DNA of 64,000 nt from Antedon mediterranea. Its lineage: Eukaryota; Animalia; Echinodermata. The stretch's first letter is position 1, and the number at the start of each line of letters is the position of its first letter. The stretch is taken from NCBI RefSeq assembly GCF_964355755.1, contig NC_092670.1, forward strand, positions 9,600,201 through 9,664,200. Reading direction: 5' to 3'. The position numbers and the translations under genes are program-made. Positions 24,169 to 35,947 of this stretch are shown here, piece by piece. The notes beneath the pieces are model-generated. The model searched no databases. It was not told the origin of the DNA and worked only from the letters and a program-made list of their open reading frames with translations.

Positions 24169-27100
24169 ATGGAGCGCACTGAGACTGAAGAGATGGATAT
24201 GGAGCGAAGTTTGGAAATTAGTGTCAAAGAGAAAAAGCTTATTAGTTTATTTAGTCAATTTGAAAGTACGATTATGCGGTTACAAAGTCTTCTTGTTTGG
24301 GAAAATCCTCAGCAGAGTGCAATGATGTTTCTGGGTGTAAACGGTCTGTTCTGGTGAGTGAGTTTAACCTACTAAATTCTGGGCTAGCCTTTTTTCAGTT
24401 CAAATGTTAAGTTTATAAATAACCGAAAGCTGACAGTTAGTGGGAAAAAGTACAAAAGAATGTCATAAATTCATTACTGTATAACATTAACAATTTGTAT
24501 TTCAATTTTATTTTAATTAAATTATTATTAATTGATTTATTAATATATCATGATATGTTATGTATTAAATTATAGCTAGCTGGTCAAGAACTTCTATTAA
24601 ATACTCAACTATTATTAGGCTGCTAGTGGCTCAAGTACTTGGTGTCATGCACTTCACTATTAACTATGCATTTCATTCAAAACATTTCATTCCAAACCTT
24701 TCTTTCCAAAACTTTAATTCAAAACATTTCATTCACAATTAATTCAAAACATTTTATTCAAAGCATTTCATTCAAAATATTTCATTCACATCGTGTAATG
24801 TAAATAATATTGATGCATTTCATTCACATATCGCGTCATAAAATTCATATAATCGAAATGTTGCGTAAACGGCTTTCCATACATACAGCTGCTAAATGTA
24901 TGAAAAAATGTATTCTGTTATACGTACGCCGACCAATTAAAATGCTGTTTTTTGTACCAAAAGAATTGCCAGCTTCAATTGTTCGGGCTTTACTCACCAT
25001 TTTCCCGTCATCCATGTTTTGAGAGCCGGATGCCTGATCGTATTTTTACTAACCATTACTTTACACAGCCATTGAGAAATAAAAGTTCTAAAAACAACAG
25101 CCGTTGTACCATGAGTTTCAAGTATATCTTATCTTTGGTCATTTATAATTTTTTTAAATATGTATATTAGGAGCTGTAATTGCATTTGAGTTTATAGCAT
25201 TTAAACTATTCCATAGCTTTGCGCCAGAATACGAGTAACTTTTCTTTTTATACTAAGTGTTTGCCTTATGTAAACTTAGAATATCTTTTCATCTGTATTA
25301 TATGTTTGTTTGCGTTCATAGAATCTGTTTCTTAAGTAGGCTGGTGTTAAGTTATTCATTATTTTATACAATTATTATTTATTATATTGCTATGTGCATG
25401 AACAGATTAAATGAAAAGTTTCAAAATTAAGATTTTTAATGACAATCTACATACTTTATTTATTTATTGCATGAATAATTTTAAAAATGTGTGTAAACAA
25501 TGGTAAAAGAAAGAAAATTTGTGAAAAATATATTCTGACCAAGATATGAACTCAGACTGTATTGAATGACCCTGTCACTAGACCACTATACTGAAACTGT
25601 TCAACCTTTATTGTCAAGTTTGAGATTGCAGAGTTAGCTTGATTTCTCAATTAATTGTAAACTCAACCCCCTCCTCACTCCCCCAATATTATTGACTTAC
25701 AGCCAGGTATCACATGGTCATTGGCACGAGGCTCTTTGGTATACCATTGTTGACCTTAGAAGAATGCTATGAATTTTTAATATGTGACCTAATTAATTTA
25801 ATGTTGATGATTAATTAAATAGTAACCAGCAATGATAGTGAACATTTTAATAGAAGTCATTGAACTGATCATTATTTATTTTTAAAATGTGTATTTTTGT
25901 AAGCTCCTTTATCTTTAGTCTTCCTACATAAAATTAGTCATTTTTGTCAGTGTAGCATGGTTGTAGACAAAATTCTAATAATGCTAATCCAAATTCAAAT
26001 TAATCAAAATTTTGAAATGAAAATATTCCCTGTACAAACCCATAAATAAATAATGCTTTAAATAACATTATTAAATAACCTGTTTATAGTTTACTAATTA
26101 ATGTGTTTTTTAAAGCAATTGAAGTAGTGAATTTACAGCCTTGTTTTAATTTGTCACTACAAGAAGAGTTTATAATTCCTCCCTCTTTTTCCTTTTAGCA
26201 TACTGTACATGTGTGTTCTGTGTGACATAAATTTCTATTATAGATTTAAACCATTGTTTGTTTGGGTGGTTGTCACTTGAGAGATGAGATTTAATTGTTG
26301 TGTTTTGTATGACAAGTATAAAACTGTATTATTATTAGTTAGTTTTTTACTATACAACTCAACTACATCAATACCACTCAGCTTATTAACCCATTAATCA
26401 TACTCTGCATAGATTGTACGCAGGAAATAGTGCATTACATGCATGCAAGATGTTCCATAACAAGTGCCAACTAATAGTAAAAATGAATCATTTTTATTTT
26501 TGCAGTAATAAACAAACAAAATTAATGAAAAGGGGCATTAAAATCAGTAGGGAAAACTATGATGATATTTATTCTGAATCAGTGCACGTTAATGATTTTA
26601 TGGTACTAATACTATACACTTTAGCATTTTACCAGTATTATCTTGTTAAGCAAATATGTCCTATTTGTTAGGAATATGCCATAAATAATTACTAATTAAA
26701 TGAATTACTACTGAATATTGGTCTTCAACATCCACCCTCCTCTTGGTAACTGTTTTTTTTTAAAGAGGAGTGGTTTACGGTATGTTGTGTAAAGTAGCAA
26801 CTTAGAACCTGTCAAGAACACTTGCTGTTTTAGGTTTCTTTGATTCTCAAATGTTAATCGCCAACCCCCCAACCCCATCAGTGCCTTCCCTTACGTCTGC
26901 TTATCACATACCCACCATCACATTATCACCCTTGTAAATTTGTAGAATACTAATCCAGAGAATACTTGGTAGTATCCAAATAATATGTATATTAATATTA
27001 CTCTACTACTACTATTGTAATCGATCAGCCACCTTTGTTTTGCCCCTTTTTTGTTTGTGTCTTGTGTTTCAGTATTTGTGTGTATGTTCTGTTTGTTTTT

Positions 27101-30100
27101 GTTGTGTTACTGCATACAGTATATATGTATGAAACATAATATGTATGAAAGAGTATTATTTTTAATATCAATATGGCTTGCCCAACACAAGTTTCTCTTG
27201 GTTTTTCCTTTTATTTTACTTTTTGGGACCTTGCCACATTCAAAACTCAAAGAAATATATTAACATTTTTTTATTTTGTTTTGAATGAAATAAATGTTAA
27301 CTGGAAATGAAATATTGTACTATTAAATATTAATTCTTTATTGTGAATCAACAGGCTTTTAACAAGTACAAGTAATCGAGTAGTCTATCTGATGGCTATT
27401 ACTGGTATTGTTATTATGTCATTTGATGCCTTCTGTAACCGAATATGGCCCGAGATTAGAGGTGAGTTACTAGGCTGTAAGGATAATGATATTGTTGTTC
27501 ATGATACTATCAAAACAAAAAATACATGACAAGAATGTGTAAAAAACTATAGTAGAAAATGAACAATAACATATTACATGTCCATGAGAGCGATGTCACT
27601 ATAATATATATATTATAATATATAACATATATTATATATATATATTATAGTGACATCGCTCTCATGGACATGTAATATGTTATTGTTCATTTTCTAAATT
27701 ATAACATATATATTTTATTACATAAAATTTCAAGTTACCATTCAAATGTTTTTCCAAAATGGGTATTTTATTTTTTATAGTCGAACCAAAAGAACCAGAA
27801 GATGAAGAAGGGTGAGTTAGTAAGAAAATATCCAACTATTTATTAATTGATAAATTTGTTAACTGCAAAAAACTAATTTGATGGGATTATTATTAAAAAT
27901 GAATATTAAATGGTCCTGTTTTTTTATCTAGATGGACACCAGTGCATACACGGCTGTTGAGTGTACCGGAGCTGTGCCGTCATCTAGCTGAGTTTTGGGT
28001 TGCTTTTAATGAATACCATGATGCCTTTTGGACACTGAGGAAGAATGACCCAGGAAAGGTACTTAAAACTACAGTAATTACTGACCCAGATATTTGTACA
28101 GCTAATACACAAAATACATACACAAAAATCAACATGGAAGATCAAAAAGAAGCTTCTACAAAATTGAACCACCATGGCTGTAACTTACCTACTAGTAGCC
28201 AATTACAAATCCTTGCTCTACTATTAACATTAAACTTTCTAATTAATAAGAATCATAGCATACTAGGTATGTTGCTTATGAAGAAATCATATTCAATTGT
28301 ATAATAATATTCTTGTTTTGGTATAGTTTTGTGCTGCTGTTACTGGCACATGTGCTTGTCTTGCTCTGATTGGTCGATGCATATCAGGTGTTATGCTGGC
28401 ATATATTATTAGTGAGTAAATAAACATTTGTTGATTTTGATTCCATGCATTCTGAAGTCACCACATTTTAAACAATTATCAAGTCTTTTTTAAACTAAAT
28501 TGTTTTTTCTTTATACAGTATTATTGACCTCTACTTGTCTGTAGGAGGAATATAAACAGGAAATAAGTTGATACCTACTGTATTGGTAAACTTTAAGCCA
28601 GAGCCAGATGCCAGACACCCTCTCCCTCTCCTGATGTGATTTAATAACGTTTATAAGCACTATATTCACATACATTTTTAAATTGTAGTTATGAGCTTGC
28701 TGCTATGGCCATGTGCTGAGTACCACAACTTCAACAAGAAAGTGTACAGTACACTGGAGCCGATTTGGATGCAATTGGAATACAGTATGAAGAACAACCC
28801 AAAAAGCAATCGCCACAAACGTATGATAATTACCGATTATTTATATTTTCTCATATTTTATTAGGACATAAAGCAGTAACCTTGTTTTCCTTAAAAAAAC
28901 AGTCTCAAAAATCCTAAATCAAATAATTTTCTAAACAGGGGACCATAAAAAGACCATAATTTGTACTTTATACTAAGTACACAAGGAGTTAATCGAGTGG
29001 TTAGAACACTTTACTGTCACACAGAGAGACCGAGTTCAATTCCCAACAACGGGTTCAATTCCCGAGGATAAGGTGGTATGGAAAGGAACTGTCCACCCTA
29101 CCACATAATGCTGAGGCTTGTCAAATGAGCTCCTAACAGCTTATTACCTTATGTTCAGAATTGAATACGGGACCTTTACCTTTACTAAGTACATTGAAAA
29201 TACTTGCAAACAAATTGTGAAGTAATTCTTGGTGTTCACCTTTCGACCACCGAGCTTGTGCCGAGATGGCTAGATTAGATTCGAGCTCAAGTAAGTTGCG
29301 GGTACTGCACTAACAGGATGTAGATGGATAAACAACAGACTAAAACACACAGAATAAATATATATGTATATAAATTAGAATTTCACTTTCATATTCCATC
29401 CAGGGAGAAGACTACGATCTGATAGAAGTCTGGCAAGTGACAATACTGATGGTAGAGATGACATTGATACGGACAGTGACAGTGACCTTATTGAGTTCTG
29501 TCCACCTCAAGATGCTGCCACGGTTGCTGCCTTAGCAAGAGCTGTAGCTGACCCCGATTCTGAGCTGTCTGAAGGCGAACGAATGTCCCATAGTCCATCT
29601 GTCACGCTAGAGCGATTTGATGATGGTAAATAGTGTACTAAATTCAGTACTGAACACCTTTAACAAAGGGATAGTGGGAAGGGCTGATGGTTGAAGGAAT
29701 AGGCTTATTCTCAAAATAAAAAATGTTATTGGCATTGTATGATAGTGATTCAAATTTGTAATTTTTTTTTTGAAAAAATATTGGATAGTGTACAATACAC
29801 CAAAATAAAAGTGTTAATAAATTGTACATTGAAAATTAATTTTAACCTAAAATATAATGTGCCATGCCCATCAATCATAGCAGCAAAGCACCATTCCATC
29901 GATATGCTGGTGATACATGATGTCTTGATAAATTCAACCCATAAAAAACTGCCTTTGGCCATAATTATTATACTAGGACCCCTCCATTGAGAAAAACTCT
30001 ATATCAGGCTGTGAAACAAATCAATATATGTTTCAACACTATGACCAATCCCTATTAAGGGGATACTTCTAAAAGAGGTTATACAAAAACATTTGTAATT

Positions 30101-30879
30101 TTTCATAAAATCTTTGTAAAATAGTGTGAGCTGTCCCTATAGCTAAATTCAAATTTCATGTTAGACTTTCACAGCATGTGTACACCAGTGTTTACACCAT
30201 ATACTTAAGGATTACTCGCAACACTAAGCTGCTTTAAACGTGCATAGTGGGCTAATTGGTACACAATAAGGAATATAAAATATCAACCATTATGTAGATT
30301 TTCAATATTTTTTCTTGATTTTTAATTGTAGATTTTCAGGATTCGGAGCCAAGTTTTGCTGTAGGCCTACCGTCCTTCCCCGCGTACGATGATGGAACTA
30401 TGGACCATAGCAACGATGAGATTGATAATGACATTTTTGGACCTATGGTACCAAATTTTCCTCCAGATAATCAAGTTATTAATGAAGATACCAACTTCTT
30501 ACCTTACGTTGAGTCTCACTTTCAGAATGAGAACGGACACAACAATAAATCAAATCCTCAGAAAAACTCTACAGTACCCGGTGCTGGATTACTTCATACA
30601 ATGGCCACACAGTACATCTCGGACAAAGTTGCGTCCGTTGTGGCCGGAACTATCAATACTATGACCCAACGCGATTCCACTACCTCAAATGTGCAATACG
30701 AACAACAAATGCGTTCAAGAAATCCTTCAGGTTCAGATTCAGATCTTGGCGAATTTGAAGTCTTAGACTCGTCCGACCTGGAGAACACTGGTTATCAACA
30801 AGACAAAGAAGAAATGGAGAAAGGCCAACGAGAAAACTTTGTGGGTGGTTTTTTTTCAAAACTCCTTGGCAAAAAATAG
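24169..30879 (+). CDS. RETREG3: Reticulophagy regulator (FAM134/RETREG family, RETREG3-like); 478 aa
   Basis: 8 phase-consistent GT-AG exons: 24169-24353, 27355-27461, 27781-27811, 27932-28058, 28327-28411, 28689-28820, 29404-29625, 30332-30879 (1437 nt). Reticulon-homology motifs LQSLLVWENP, IWPEIR, VHTRLLSVPELCRHLAEFW, NDPGKFC and LLWP. LIR motif GEFEVLD. Likely co-orthologous to RETREG1/2/3. Confidence 0.93.
25040..25420 (-). mobile_element. Old CR1/L2-group LINE 3' fragment
   Basis: Minus strand reads LSLHKANT*YKKKSYSYSGAKLWNSL, a typical ORF2 C-terminal motif. Confidence 0.5.
27553..27696. repeat. Long near-perfect palindrome
   Basis: tagaaaatgaacaataacatattacatgtccatgagagcgatgtcactataatatata and its exact reverse complement, around an AT-rich spacer. 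Confidence 0.9.
28982..29182 (+). mobile_element. tRNA-derived SINE
   Basis: A-box-like TAATCGAGTGG, B-box GAGTTCAATTCC, (ACCTTT)n tail, 11-bp TSD tactaagtaca (28971-28981 and 29183-29193). Confidence 0.75.
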
Positions 30880-33421
30880 TCCATGATTGTTGAATATTTA
30901 TATATTGTATGCTAATATTATATTTCCATGTATAATTGGAAATGTTATTAATCACTTCTACCAAATCACTTTTAATACGCAAGAATGTTTAAAATAAGAA
31001 TGTTTTTCTTTAGGCCTACATTAGCTATTTTTTGTTTTCAAAACATGTCACGCAACTACACAACTGTTAAGTAAAAAACCTCAGAAACATGAAAGCGCAA
31101 AGTATAGTTGCACATTGGGACGGCTACAGGATTTTCTAAATGGGGAGCCTAACTGTCGGTCAAAAATAGTTATCAAATACCACAAGCATAATTTTATTTT
31201 AGCTGTGGAGAGCTACCCCATGGATCTGTCCTGGTTGTGAAACAAAAGGTCGCTCTTAACAACACTAACGTGTTAAGACTATATAATAAGTAAATTCACC
31301 AAATTGAATGATAATTTATAAATTGTGGAAAAGAGTTCAGACATTGCATGGCTAGGTTTTAAAATTGAATAAACTTATATTATTTGGTCATGTTTTTTTT
31401 CCATATTAAAGCTGGTAGAATACAAAAGGATTTTTTGTTTATTTAAATAAATTTAAACCTAATGTTATTTAATATTCGAGTGCTGTTTATATTGGTTACT
31501 ATACCGACTGCCAAATATCAAACTAATACAGTAAATGTAGACTTATGTTCCCGCCCAATTATTAAATGTTTACACCAATTACATTTCCTCTAAAATTTCT
31601 TAAGCTCCGTATACACAAAAAAGTGTGATGTAGTCAAATATGATAGTGTCTGTATATGTGCACATCACATTTTTGTTGTCGCATTAATTTTAATACTGTA
31701 GATAAACAGACAGACAGAGCTTTATAACAAAATGTTGGTAAACCTACACAAGTTTTTTTTTAAATAAAAACCTCCAGTGACATGTGCAAATAAGTTAGTT
31801 TGGAAGTGACTGTTTACTTATTATTTTCTATCTGCATGGTACACTTGTAAGTTTGCCACGGTCAACAGAGCCTTCAAGTTGAATCCAACTTAAGTAATTT
31901 TACCAATTATAACATGATGGATTATCCAATTTGTCGCATGCGATTGGTTAATTCATTTGTGTTGCACTTGCGTTCTTGCATTGCGTCCCAGTGGAAACCA
32001 AGCTTTGATAAATTACTCAGAATTGGTTATAATGCTTCAATTTTTACACAGGAACAAAAAGTAAATTATCTCTGCCTCTGTGATAGCAGTCAAATGAATT
32101 ATGTATATTACATACAGTATATAGAATTTATAACGATTTATAAACATTATTTAGCATCACTACTACAACACTCATATATTTATTTGCCTTTGTTTTGTAA
32201 TGCAATTGTGATATCAGTTTTTATTAAACTAACTATATAATAGAAGACTCAACTAATTAATAAATCCAAAACAAACATTTAAATTGATGTGGGCCATTGT
32301 GCAGGTATGACGTTATGCTTAATTGAAGTTATATTTTATTTAGCATCTAAAGCGTGTGTCGCGGTGTCGACATTTTATGCTACAGGATTGAAATTAATAC
32401 TCGTCGTCGTGTTGGCTATGTCTTGCAAGATTTTTGCCTCCCAGGTGTACAACTGCGCTGATTTACTACATGCAACATTATGGTATGTTTTGATCCAAAA
32501 ATGACCTGGGTTAATATTGTGAAGCGCTCAGAGCATTACGACTGATTTACTATAGTCAAAATCATATGGGTTAAGATTGTGATCATGAGTACAATGGAAC
32601 TGCTTGCTCTGCATAAACTCTTTTAGCAGCATTCTACATGTTCATGGAATATTGTTTACTGTAAATCCAAGGGCAACGGCTGGTTTGTGCCCTTGTAAGT
32701 TGTTGAGCATATGCTGTGTTGTTGTAAACTGGGTCCTAATATCGTAGAGGTGAAAAAACATGATTTAACAATATTTTGTTTTCATGATACCCCAGTAGAC
32801 TATGCAGCTATTTAGTCCAAAGTAATGCTATGTTTCTGAGCATGCTCAGACTTGTTGAAGTGATAACTGCATAGTTTAATGCCATATATAATGAAAACAA
32901 AAAAATGTTAACAAAAAGTGCATCATGGTTTTGTACCAAATTGTGCAATTTGTGTCCATACAATTCATAGTAATTTATCAAAAATATGGTTTCCTTATTT
33001 TAAACCAGTGTATACATTTAAAAAAAGAAAATGTGGGTATCCTCATAATAAACTACTTTTATGGCTATTAATATCTTTTTATTTTGAATGTGTATTTTGT
33101 AACTGTGCAAATATTTGGATTTAAATTTGTAATATTTTGATCTCTATAAATATTAGTTTTCTTTTAACATTTCTATTTGTTTTTCATTTTGTCCAACTAC
33201 AATTGTTTTCTGCTGCTGATTTGTTACTAGAGTCGGTGCAATAGGTATTAAAATTATAGCTTTTGAAACAAGACAATCATACCGTCATATTTGCAGTTGC
33301 CAGATTAAAGCTACATTCCCACCTGTTTCATTTTACAAAAAAAAAAAAGGATTGATACTCTTATATAAATCCCAATTGAATGGTACCATCTTTACTGAAA
33401 CGGAGTGTGAATGTAGCCTAA

Positions 33422-33546
33422 AGCTCTGTCTACACTATCAAACTAGTGTGATGTGCCCAAATATGATAGTGATATGACACAATCATGTCCATATATGGGC
33501 ACATAACATTTTTTGTCACATACATTTTGATAGTGTACACAGAACT
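33422..33546. mobile_element. Tourist-like MITE family A copy
   Basis: taa|agctctgtctacactatcaaa ... tttgatagtgtacacagaact|taa, with TAA on both flanks. Confidence 0.7.
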
Positions 33547-33689
33547 TAATGCTAGTAAAAATACTTGCAGCAGAGATAGCAATGACTATAAAAGTCATGC
33601 ACTGTGACTCAAAACACAAAGAACAGACAAACCAAGTATATAAGCATTGCTTGTGTACATTTATTACATAGCTAAGATGGTATGGTCAT

Positions 33690-35839
33690 TTAGCTCTCTT
33701 TAACTTCCTTCAAACGTCTGATGGCACTTCTAACTGTTGCTGCAGCAGTTGTACTATAAAAGAACAAAACAAATTGTCACTCATTTTGTATCTACAATTT
33801 GTAATACAGCAGAACCTCACATTTCAGGGGGGGCAAACTATTAAAGGTATTTATTCTGGTCCTTAAGCTTTACTGAGGAAATTTGGAGGGAACAGGTCCT
33901 GTGAAAGGAGAATATAGGTTTTACAACAACGACCAACCTCTATTGAAGAGACACTCTTATAAAGAGGACACTGTTGGGTCCAAAGGTGTCTACTTAATAT
34001 GGTATACTGCATTTCAATTGCAAATGATAATTTAGGAAATTGTTATATTTTCTAAAATATATCTTGCACTGCGGAAGGATTAGTGCTACCAGAAAATATT
34101 TGTATTTGTATCTCTATTGAAATCCTGCCAACATAACTTAAGTGGCATACCTGTAGTTCCATGCACCACCAGCTACTGTCCTCTTGCATGACTTGCAACG
34201 CCAGATGCCAACGCATTTCCTCTTCATGGATTCCTGAAAGTAACACCATAGGTTAATACACAATTTTACAATGCTACACACAAGGATGTAAACTGTGCAA
34301 GCAAAGTACACTACACACAATTTAAATCTTTAACTCGGCCTACAACTAAGCTATGCAGGGATGTCACCACGGTGGTCGACGATGGCCAGCCCCGTCCAAA
34401 ACTCGGAATTTCCGACCACCATTTTCATGACGCCGACCACCACTATATTTACGCATGTAGATCGTAGCCGATTGTTCGTAACCTACTATTACGATGTATT
34501 GTTATTATAATTATCAACGCGTCGATCGTAGGGTGGTTCGTAGGGTTAATAAACATCATTGTCATCGCCTTTAGAAAACGCATGGACAATGAAAATTAAC
34601 AATGTACTGTTCACTAATTAAAATCGCCGCTGCAAGGTACATTACACACATTTTAAATCTTTAACTCGGCCTACAACTAAGCTATGATAAACATTTAATA
34701 GTTGATTAAAATCCCATACATATAGTTTAACAAAATATACCAATCACAAGTGGTAGTGGTATTATATTGATAGGTCAAACACAGGTCTAATAAGGCAAAG
34801 CCGAGTAGTATTTTTGTCTTACCTTTCCACAGAAAACACATGTGTATTTGCCGTGCTGTGAAATTTCGATTTTCTTTACCATTTTTCGAAGGGATGCTCC
34901 ATAACGAGTTCCATACTTTCCTACAATACCAACCTTCTTGGTACGTTTAGCCTGCAAAAACACAATATTATAAATTTATTTATTATTTTATACAAAATAA
35001 CCTTCAAATAACATTTAATAATATGCTTATATAAATTGTAAGCACTAACTTTTTTCATCAACAGGCTAAGCCGTCACTACTATTAATATTATAAATAATG
35101 TTAAATATACTTAGCACTTAGAGGCCTAGTAGAGGTCAATTTAATACCTACTACTGACCAAGAATTAGAATATTTTAGTTTAAAAATTAAGGGAAAGCTT
35201 CAGATTTCAACCACTGATTAGCATTATTTCCATGACCTGACCTGAACTTTTAAGGCCTAGCTTGGCTCCTAGGTGCGAAAGTGCAGCTAGGACCTAGGCT
35301 AGGCCTCTCTCGCTGACTCTCTAGCTAGCTAGGGCCTATAGGCCTAGTCTAGCTAGCCCACGACTATTTGACTAGGGCCTAGAGGCCCTAGTAGGCCTAC
35401 TAGAGTACTAGCCTAGGCTAGGCCTCTAGTACTAGTAGGCCTAGGCCTAGTAGTACTAGAGTAGGCCTGGCCGTAGCTAGGTTTGTTGGTATGCCTGGAT
35501 TTGAGTGATATCCTGGAGATTATCATGTTATGACCAAATAAAGTATGCTAGGGCCAAGTCCTAGCCTAATTTTAGTACTAAGCCTAGTACAGTTAGTAGA
35601 GATAGTAGGCCTCCTAGCCTAGTAGTATTCCCAGTTAGTTCCACCTCTCCCTAGACAGCAGTAAGGTGCATACATTTAAATAACATTTATTACACTTTTG
35701 AAAATATTATTTATGATAATAAACACACAGTCGTTAAATGATGACTTTTATTAGCAATAATAACATAATTTAATTAAATTTAAAGGCAAAAAACACAAGA
35801 TTTAAACAGATTATTACACTGCTTTCAACACATTACCAT
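33690..35839 (-). CDS. RPL37A: 60S ribosomal protein L37a (eL43); 92 aa
   Basis: Exons 35837-35839 (ATG only), 34823-34951, 34151-34233, 33690-33753. Reads [98 protein letters not shown] on the minus strand at 33660-33665. Confidence 0.98.
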
Positions 35840-35859
35840 TTTGTTTTATTAGCGATGGC

Positions 35860-35869
35860 AGAGAGGAAG
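35860..35869 (-). promoter_or_regulatory. Polypyrimidine initiator (TCT / 5'TOP) of RPL37A
   Basis: CTTCCTCTCT lies 21-30 nt upstream of the ATG, typical of animal ribosomal protein gene starts. Confidence 0.75.
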
Positions 35870-35947
35870 TTCGTTCGAAGTGAATGATGGGAACTGGAAC
35901 TGAGTTCATCGAAACATACACAGAGGGCAGTCTTGTACATAAACAAA

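Noticed and set aside
28982-29060. tRNA gene
   Set aside because: A and B boxes are present but there is no intact cloverleaf. The tail and TSD indicate a SINE.
33754-35836. Intronic snoRNAs in RPL37A
   Set aside because: I found no convincing C/D pair with a terminal stem and no double-hairpin H/ACA by eye. A covariance-model search is needed.
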